64,000 bases of DNA from an uncultured Gammaproteobacteria bacterium (GTDB taxonomy: Bacteria > Patescibacteriota > Microgenomatia > Daviesbacterales > UBA10151). The DNA is taken from positions 2,505 through 66,504 of the forward strand of contig CAZJNI010000006.1 of the NCBI GenBank assembly GCA_964547465.1. The letters run 5' to 3'. Made by a program: the position numbers and the translations under genes. Below, piece after piece: positions 55,840 through 64,000 of this stretch (its first letter is position 1; each line of letters begins with the position of its first letter). Under the pieces are notes generated by a model that saw only the letters and a program-made list of their open reading frames with translations, searched no databases and was not told the DNA's origin.

Positions 55840-56730
55840 TCAGATAACACTTAATCCTGCTATATAAATTTCAGCTCTTTTTCCTTTTCCAAGAATTGAA
55901 AATGCAACTACCCTTAAAATAAGCCCTAAAATTAAAAATATTTTAACCGGTAAATAAAAAATAGGGTAGTGTTTTTGAAGATAATATTTAACTCCTTTTA
56001 ATTCATTTAGAAAGGAGGAGCTTAAATCAAAATTAGTGGAAGCGCCATGAAGGTGGATAACCTCAATTTGAGGCACATACCAAACTTTAAAACCGCTATC
56101 AGAAATTCTTTTACACCACTCAATTTCTTCCATATGCATAAATAAATTCTCATCAAAGCCTGTTGTTTTATCAAAAATTTCTTTCTTAAAAGCAAAGAAT
56201 GCTCCCATAACCCAACCTACTTCGTGGGCTTTAGAAAAAAAACTCTTATTTTTAGGATGAAAGGCTGGGGACAAGAAACCTAAACCCAAAATCCAAAAAA
56301 TAATATTAAACGGATTAGGTAGGTTACCTGCTGATGGCTGCAGCTTACCCGTGACATAATTTAATCTTGCCCCCAACAAATCACAGTTTTTATTAACCCG
56401 AAAGTAAGCTAAAGCTTTATATAAAGATTCTTCCGGAAGATAAACATCTGAATTTAAAAGCAAAATATATGGATATTTAGATTGTTTCATAGCTATGTTG
56501 TTGCCTTTGGAAAAACCGGTGTTTTCCTTAGATGCAATGAGTTTCACCCAGGGGAAATCTTGTCTTATCATCCCCAAAGAGCCATCAGATGAGGCATTAT
56601 CCAAGACAATCACCTCAATTTTATTCCCCATTTTTTTCTCACAATAATCTTTAGCTAACTTCAGTTTTTCCAAACATCTTTTAGTAATATCTTTTGTGTT
56701 GTAGCTTAAAATAATTATCGAGAGATCCAA
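55840..56730 (-). CDS. GT2-family glycosyltransferase
   Basis: IIILSYNTKD...VIVLDNASSDGS. Confidence 0.7.
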   Translation of the reverse strand: MDLSIIILSYNTKDITKRCLEKLKLAKDYCEKKMGNKIEVIVLDNASSDGSLGMIRQDFPWVKLIASKENTGFSKGNNIAMKQSKYPYILLLNSDVYLPEESLYKALAYFRVNKNCDLLGARLNYVTGKLQPSAGNLPNPFNIIFWILGLGFLSPAFHPKNKSFFSKAHEVGWVMGAFFAFKKEIFDKTTGFDENLFMHMEEIEWCKRISDSGFKVWYVPQIEVIHLHGASTNFDLSSSFLNELKGVKYYLQKHYPIFYLPVKIFLILGLILRVVAFSILGKGKRAEIYIAGLSVI

Positions 56731-57626
56731 AGTTTTGCCTTTCTGTAATGCTCTAACATTTTAATCCCGGCTAAAATAAAATCCCGAATTATTGGAGGGT
56801 ATTTATTATAAAAGTGTTTTTTATAAAAGATTCTCATGGCAGAGGCCCCATGAGTTATGGTTTTTGATTTTGCTTTACCTGCAGATGAACCTTTATAGTG
56901 AATTATTTTCTCATCAGGATAAAAGAAAATTTTCCAGCCTTTCAGCTTTAGGGAATAACAAAATTCTATATCTTCACCGTTCCAAAAATAATCCGTGTCC
57001 CACCAGCTTATTGCATCCCCGGCAATTTTTCTGACCATTAAAAAAGCCCCTGTTAAACAATCTATTTCATGAGTTTTGCTAATGTCTAAATAAGACGCTG
57101 TATATCCAGAAAAAAGGGGAACATGAGGGAATAATTTTGATAAACCAGAAAAATAACAGAAAGAATTCCAAGGGGTAGGGAAACCTCTATGACATGAGTA
57201 ATCCAACTTTCCATCTGGTAATTCTACTCTACAGGTAATCGCGCCAATGTCAGGATTAGACATAAGAAACTTAAGTGACTTACTTATGGCATCGTTCACC
57301 ACCGCAGTATCCGGGTTTAAGAATAAGACAACAGGAGCTTTGGCTTTCTTTACCCCCACATTATTGCCGCCGGAAAAGCCTAGATTTGATTTGTTTTCCA
57401 CCAGCTCTACAACACCGTCATTGCGAGGAGTCTTCGACGAAGCAATCTTATACTTCTTCCTAACTGCTTCCACTGACCCATCTTCAGATGCATTATCCAC
57501 CACAATAACATGGTACTTATAACTTGGTACTTGGGACTTAAAAACTGACACTAAACAATTTAAAAGTAGTTCCTTAACATTGTAGTTAAGAATAATAATA
57601 GAAAGATCAGGATTTGAATCAACCAT
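56715..57626 (-). CDS. GT2-family glycosyltransferase
   Basis: IIILNYNVKELL...VIVVDNASEDGS. Confidence 0.7.
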   Translation of the reverse strand: MVDSNPDLSIIILNYNVKELLLNCLVSVFKSQVPSYKYHVIVVDNASEDGSVEAVRKKYKIASSKTPRNDGVVELVENKSNLGFSGGNNVGVKKAKAPVVLFLNPDTAVVNDAISKSLKFLMSNPDIGAITCRVELPDGKLDYSCHRGFPTPWNSFCYFSGLSKLFPHVPLFSGYTASYLDISKTHEIDCLTGAFLMVRKIAGDAISWWDTDYFWNGEDIEFCYSLKLKGWKIFFYPDEKIIHYKGSSAGKAKSKTITHGASAMRIFYKKHFYNKYPPIIRDFILAGIKMLEHYRKAKLWISR

Positions 57627-57717
57627 GTAATAAATTGTATAAGAAAGGCGAGTTAATTACCAATTTGAATTTAAATAATTTGACTTTAATATAGACAAAT
57701 AATAACATCTTAAATCC

Positions 57718-58308
57718 ATGAGCAGAGAATTTTTAATCAGTGAGAAAACACCAAATAGGATATTAGCTACTGCTAACTGGATTAAGTACCCTGTTAAAGG
57801 AAGAATTGCTAAAGATATATTTACCAACGCTATTGAGCTGGCACCAACAATTGATGAAAAGGCTGTTTTAAATTGTCTGGTTCACTATCGTAGAGGAAGC
57901 ACTAGAAAAGAGACTGGAATACCTGCGCTGGCGTATTCTGTTGCATCAACAATCGGTTCAACCGCAGCAAAAATGAGCTGGGATATGCATTCTCCAGAAG
58001 TCGTATACATGAGTGGTTATCATATTTTATGGGCCACTGGGGAAAATATAAAGAATTTAGAATCCAGAGGTAAAACTGACACCCCGGAATATAAAGTAAT
58101 CAAAATCTGCAGAGAAGATCTAGGTGAAGCTGTTTTTGAATATGTGGATAGATATTTATCTACTACTGAAGATTTATTAGAGATTTTAAGAGCTCTAATA
58201 TATCCTAGGCACAGCAACATAAAAAATAGAATACCTACTATACACAAATACTTGGGACTCGGGGATATAGATAGAGCTCTAACAATTTTACATGGCGCTA
58301 ATCCGTAA
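57718..58308 (+). CDS. Hypothetical protein
   Basis: 196-aa ORF. Confidence 0.35.
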   Translation: MSREFLISEKTPNRILATANWIKYPVKGRIAKDIFTNAIELAPTIDEKAVLNCLVHYRRGSTRKETGIPALAYSVASTIGSTAAKMSWDMHSPEVVYMSGYHILWATGENIKNLESRGKTDTPEYKVIKICREDLGEAVFEYVDRYLSTTEDLLEILRALIYPRHSNIKNRIPTIHKYLGLGDIDRALTILHGANP

Positions 58309-58332
58309 TTTATACAAAAAAGGTTGGATAAA

Positions 58333-58740
58333 TTATCTGACTTTGTGTCTTCTTTTAATACGTAGTTGTGCCAGGGATTTTTCTAAGTTTGCCAAAGTTT
58401 CTGCATATTCTTCATCTGACAGCGTTTGAGATAAAGCTGCCTCTGCCCGCTTTTTAGCTTCCTCAACAGCCCGTTCATCTATATCTGTTTCATTCACAGC
58501 TAAATCTGTCATCACAGTCAAAACGTTCCCAGAAACTTGCAAAAATCCATCTCCCACAGCCAAAGTATCTTCTTTCCCACCTTTTTTTATAACCAGTTCT
58601 CCTGGTTCTAGCTTTGCCATTAAATTTGCATGATTAGGGAGAATTCCTAAAATTCCCTGTTCTGTGGACACATTAACTTGAGATACCTCCTCATCAAAAA
58701 GCAGTTTTTCCGGAGTAACAATTTTTAAATGAAGTGACAT
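58333..58740 (-). CDS. atpC: F0F1 ATP synthase epsilon subunit (likely start ATG 58738-58740)
   Basis: MSLHLKIVTPEKLLFDEEVSQVNVSTEQGILGILPNHANLMAKLEPGELVIK typical epsilon beta-sandwich plus C-terminal helix. Confidence 0.7.
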   Translation of the reverse strand: MSLHLKIVTPEKLLFDEEVSQVNVSTEQGILGILPNHANLMAKLEPGELVIKKGGKEDTLAVGDGFLQVSGNVLTVMTDLAVNETDIDERAVEEAKKRAEAALSQTLSDEEYAETLANLEKSLAQLRIKRRHKVR

Positions 58741-58764
58741 GGTGATATTGTATAATATCCTACT

Positions 58765-59127
58765 ATGGATCACAAAGCAGATGCAATTGTTATAACCTGT
58801 ATTGATTTCAGGTTCCAGGAATATATTAACAACTGGCTTAATAAAAATTTTAAACCTAAAACTTATGATCGGGGAGCTTTTGCCGGAGCGGCTAAAAGTT
58901 TAGATACGATTCTTACACAAATTGAGCTAGCTTATAGATTACATCATGTAAAAAAGGCTATTATTATAAACCATGAAGATTGCGGAGCTTATGGGAAAGA
59001 GGAAACTGTTGATCACCATATCAGAGATTTAAGGCAAGTAAAAAAGCATATTCTGGAAAAATTCCCAAATTTGGAAGTAGAAACATATTACCTTCATCTT
59101 GATGGCGCCTTTGAATCTATTGTCTAA
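58765..59127 (+). CDS. Hypothetical protein with beta-carbonic-anhydrase-like Cys/His motifs
   Basis: ITCIDFRF and NHEDCGAYG resemble beta-CA C-x-D-x-R and H-x-x-C-G, but the 120-aa protein is shorter than canonical beta-CA. Confidence 0.3.
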   Translation: MDHKADAIVITCIDFRFQEYINNWLNKNFKPKTYDRGAFAGAAKSLDTILTQIELAYRLHHVKKAIIINHEDCGAYGKEETVDHHIRDLRQVKKHILEKFPNLEVETYYLHLDGAFESIV

Positions 59128-59148
59128 TAGGGGTATAATACGCATATT

Positions 59149-59595
59149 ATGAGCGAAAAGGATTTAATCATTCCCCAACGTCCGGCAGCCGAACCTCCTA
59201 CAAAACCCGCTGGGGCTATAAAAAATAAGTTGTTAAGCATTTTATCTGATAATCCCGATCAATATGAACCTGCTTTAGCAGCTTATGCTGTGGCACCAGA
59301 AGTAAAGGGAGATACTTTACTAGATGCAACTCCAAATAATGGTGATATAGGTAAGATGGAAGAGATAGAAGGACCATTACCAGCTCATTTTGAAAATATC
59401 CTAAGACCATTTAAAAGAGGGAACGAGTATTTCTTAAGACGTCCTTTCCAAGGTGAACTAATTTATGTTGGTCCTAAACAGCCAAAAGTAGAACAACCAG
59501 TTCTACAAAATCAAAACCCAGTTTCCCAAACTGATCCTGAGCTAGCAAATAGTCCCTTCTTTGCAAGACTAACAGAAATTAAAAGAGGTGTTTAA
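59149..59595 (+). CDS. Hypothetical protein
   Basis: 148-aa ORF. Confidence 0.3.
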   Translation: MSEKDLIIPQRPAAEPPTKPAGAIKNKLLSILSDNPDQYEPALAAYAVAPEVKGDTLLDATPNNGDIGKMEEIEGPLPAHFENILRPFKRGNEYFLRRPFQGELIYVGPKQPKVEQPVLQNQNPVSQTDPELANSPFFARLTEIKRGV

Positions 59596-59974
59596 AATGA
59601 CCAAAGAAGCGGAGCCAGTCTCACCTAGAGTTAAGAAGCTTGGGGCAATAGTTGCAGGTATTAGTGTAACCTGGAATCTAGTTGGATTTGTAATGGAGCA
59701 TAGGACTACTGAATTTTCTCCTATTCAATTACCCTTTTTTAGATCTTCAACTGTTTATGCAGTTTCTCCCACTCCCATAGCTTGTGAAAATGCTCCAACC
59801 ATGGAGTTTGCAGGTGCAAAAACCTATAGAGCTATAGATAGCATTATTTTTGATAATGGCAAAGGGAGTGTAAAATCTTCTGCTCCTGAAAACCCAAATT
59901 GTGTAGGAGATGTGCCTTTCAAAATAGGCGATTTTAATCCTTTAGAATTAAGGTATTTAATTTTCCACCCCTAA
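59588..59974 (+). CDS. Hypothetical protein
   Basis: 128 aa; overlaps the upstream stop. Confidence 0.3.
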   Translation: MFKMTKEAEPVSPRVKKLGAIVAGISVTWNLVGFVMEHRTTEFSPIQLPFFRSSTVYAVSPTPIACENAPTMEFAGAKTYRAIDSIIFDNGKGSVKSSAPENPNCVGDVPFKIGDFNPLELRYLIFHP

Positions 59975-59991
59975 AAGGGTAAACTCCCATT

Positions 59992-60375
59992 ATGAGAACT
60001 GTTAAACAAACCTATTTTATAAATGCGTCTATTGAAAAAGTCTGGCAGGCTTTGGTTGATCCAAAAATAATAGATGATTGGGGCGGGGGAGAAGCTAAAA
60101 TGAATTCGGAAGAAGGATTCGAGTTCTCTTTTTGGGGTGGAGATATTCATGGCAAAAATATAGAAGTTAAACCTGGCAAAAAATTAATTCAGGACTGGAT
60201 GTCAGGCGAGTGGGAAGAATATTCTAAAGTAACTTTTAATTTATCTGAAAAAGACGGAAAAACAAAGATAGATTTACTTCATGAAAATATTCCGGATAAA
60301 GAAGCAAAAGATATAGCAGATGGCTGGAAAAGATATTACCTGGGTCCTTTAAAGAAACTTCTGGAAAACAATTGA
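59992..60375 (+). CDS. SRPBCC-superfamily (AHSA1/START-like) protein
   Basis: Matches the Activator-of-Hsp90-ATPase-homolog/polyketide-cyclase-like family in length and pattern (VWQALVDPKII..W). Confidence 0.55.
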   Translation: MRTVKQTYFINASIEKVWQALVDPKIIDDWGGGEAKMNSEEGFEFSFWGGDIHGKNIEVKPGKKLIQDWMSGEWEEYSKVTFNLSEKDGKTKIDLLHENIPDKEAKDIADGWKRYYLGPLKKLLENN

Positions 60376-60418
60376 AATATTAATCTAATTTGATATATAA
60401 AAGATATCTTGTTTTTCT

Positions 60419-60799
60419 TTGAAGAGAAAATTAATATTAATCCTTATGGCTAATGACGATTTAAAGAGAATTAAAGAACTTTTAGAAGTGGTTACCAATA
60501 AAATTGGTAAGGTGGAAACGCATATTAGTTTACATTCTGCAACTTTACATTCAGTTAAAGATCAACAATCAGTTATGAATGAGAAATTGGACGGTTTGCA
60601 AGAGGATGTGCATGGCCTTGAAAAAGGTGTTAAGGAAATGAGTGAAAATGTTGATGCAGCTAGAGGTGATATAGAAAGCCTCCATATGGATGTAAAGGGA
60701 ATAAGAGATAAAGAAGGACTTTTTCACTCCAGAAACAAAAGGGAAATTGATGAAATCAAGACCCATCTTGGAATGCCTTTGATGCCAGATACTCCATAA
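60419..60799 (+). CDS. Coiled-coil hypothetical protein
   Basis: 126-aa heptad-rich ORF. Confidence 0.35.
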   Translation: MKRKLILILMANDDLKRIKELLEVVTNKIGKVETHISLHSATLHSVKDQQSVMNEKLDGLQEDVHGLEKGVKEMSENVDAARGDIESLHMDVKGIRDKEGLFHSRNKREIDEIKTHLGMPLMPDTP

Positions 60800-60991
60800 A
60801 CTAAATCCTCTTGATACATTCAGTTTACATGAACGTATCTTGATACAACTAGCTTACATAGTTGTATCTTGACTAAAAATCTCAAAAAGTGCTACAGTCC
60901 TGAGCACTTCGACTTCGCTCAGTGTGAACTCCGTCGAAGGGCAGACTCCAAAAATTTGACTTTAGTCCTATAAAGTATATAATTCCTAATC

Positions 60992-63046
<2,055 letters not shown>

Positions 63047-63077
63047 CTCCTAACAGGCAGGTTATCCTTTCTTACCC

Positions 63078-63144
63078 GTCATTCCCGCGAAGGCGGGAAT
63101 CCATAAATAATTATTAATGGATCCCGTATCAAGTACGGGATGAC
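63078..63144. repeat. RPE-like element (long form, TIR gtcattcccg/cgggatgac) in the atpG-downstream intergenic region
   Basis: gtcattcccgcgaaggcgggaatcc...atcccgtatcaagtacgggatgac, with two internal hairpins. Confidence 0.55.
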
Positions 63145-63151
63145 AATTGTA

Positions 63152-63991
63152 TCATTCCATTGCAGCTTGAGCGGTTGTGATCTCAAGCAACTCTCTAGTA
63201 ATATTTGCCTGTCTGGTCTGATTATAGCTAAGGTTTAAATCATCCACCAATTCCAGAGCATTATCCGTGGCATTTTGCATGGCAATCATCCTGGCAGAAT
63301 GCTCTGATGCTTTAGTTTCCAAAAGTGCCTGATAAATCTGTTCCTCAATATGATGGACTAACAGATAATCCAACAAAGCATCAGGAGCAGGTTCAAAGAG
63401 GAATTCAGCGTTTGTTACACCTCCGAGGTGTGAACCAGTCTTCTGCCCACTCTCACCTCGGAGGTAGGCGTCAGGGATGACAGATTGTAGATCTATTGGC
63501 AAAAGCTTAACCCTTTTTGGTTCTTGTCTTAAAGTGGACATAAAGTGAGGATAAACTAGGTATGCTTCTCCAATCTCTTTATTTTGGAAGGCTTCCATTA
63601 CCAACCTGGATAGTTGTTTAGCTTGTCTAAAAGTAACTGTATCCAGACTTTCGAAATCAGCTTTTAAATCCTTTCCAGTCCTGGCCACAAAGCTTCTGCC
63701 TTTTCTGCCTACTGTATAAAAATTTACGTTTACAAACCCGGTTTGTAGGTTCGAAACTGTTCTGATTAAATTTGTATTTAATGCTCCTACCAATCCTTTA
63801 TCCGTAGAAAGTAATACTATTCCCATTTTCCCGTCATTGCGAGTCCGCCCATTGGCGGGAGTAGCAATCTTATTTCCACCCAGCAGTGGATGAGCTTCCA
63901 CATCTACTGTAGGCAAAAGTCTCATCAATGCCTCTGACAAATTTTCCTGATATGGCCTGCCTGAGGTGGCCTGATTTTGGGCTCTTCTCAT
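63152..63991 (-). CDS. atpG: F0F1 ATP synthase gamma subunit
   Basis: N- and C-terminal helices (MRRAQ...ITRELLEITTAQAAME) with family-typical length; two in-frame repeat inserts. Confidence 0.8.
   Translation of the reverse strand: MRRAQNQATSGRPYQENLSEALMRLLPTVDVEAHPLLGGNKIATPANGRTRNDGKMGIVLLSTDKGLVGALNTNLIRTVSNLQTGFVNVNFYTVGRKGRSFVARTGKDLKADFESLDTVTFRQAKQLSRLVMEAFQNKEIGEAYLVYPHFMSTLRQEPKRVKLLPIDLQSVIPDAYLRGESGQKTGSHLGGVTNAEFLFEPAPDALLDYLLVHHIEEQIYQALLETKASEHSARMIAMQNATDNALELVDDLNLSYNQTRQANITRELLEITTAQAAME
63417..63466. repeat. Inverted-repeat element (cacctcggaggtg family) in-frame in atpG
   Basis: acacctccgaggtgtgaaccagtcttctgcccactctcacctcggaggta; encodes YLRGESGQKTGSHLGGVT. Confidence 0.55.
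63833..63869. repeat. RPE-like element (gtcattgcg family, short form) in-frame in atpG
   Basis: gtcattgcgagtccgcccattggcgggagtagcaatc; encodes the NDGKMG... insert on the minus strand. Confidence 0.55.
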
Positions 63992-64000
63992 TTTGGTAGC

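Overview
This is a low-GC, gene-dense bacterial window that looks like a reduced Patescibacteria/CPR-type genome. That assignment rests on many small hypothetical proteins, 13 tRNAs, peptidoglycan genes with few other biosynthetic genes, and several GT2 glycosyltransferases.

Housekeeping content includes the thrS-infC-rpmI-rplT-pheS-pheT operon, typA, glmS, dinB, a class A PBP, murT/gatD, ATP synthase epsilon, beta and gamma subunits, and an unusual FabH-like / BirA / BCCP-like / fused biotin-carboxylase-carboxyltransferase cluster.

The most interesting accessory signals are:
1) A tRNA-Gly(TCC)-anchored array of small cassettes, each delimited by degenerate copies of the tRNA 3' end plus trailer. 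It carries a Bro-N protein, a standalone SIR2-like protein with an LHGS catalytic motif (a candidate NAD+-depleting defence effector), a small membrane protein and an unknown 168-aa protein.
2) Several families of short palindromic or inverted-repeat elements, RPE-like, inserted in-frame into essential genes (dinB, the UXS-like gene, atpD, atpG, murT, pheS, GT2).
3) A perfect 5x heptanucleotide tract inside a GT2 gene, which is a phase-variation candidate.
4) Further tRNA-associated micro-islands: a Fic cassette flanked by 30-bp direct repeats, a LAGLIDADG-like/HTH gene between tRNA-Val and a partial copy of the tRNA-Val 3' half, and a VapBC module sandwiched between tRNA-Leu genes.
5) Several tRNAs deviate from U55 in the T-loop.

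No rRNA, CRISPR array or integrase was found. All calls come from manual reading of the six-frame track and the sequence; no database search was possible.
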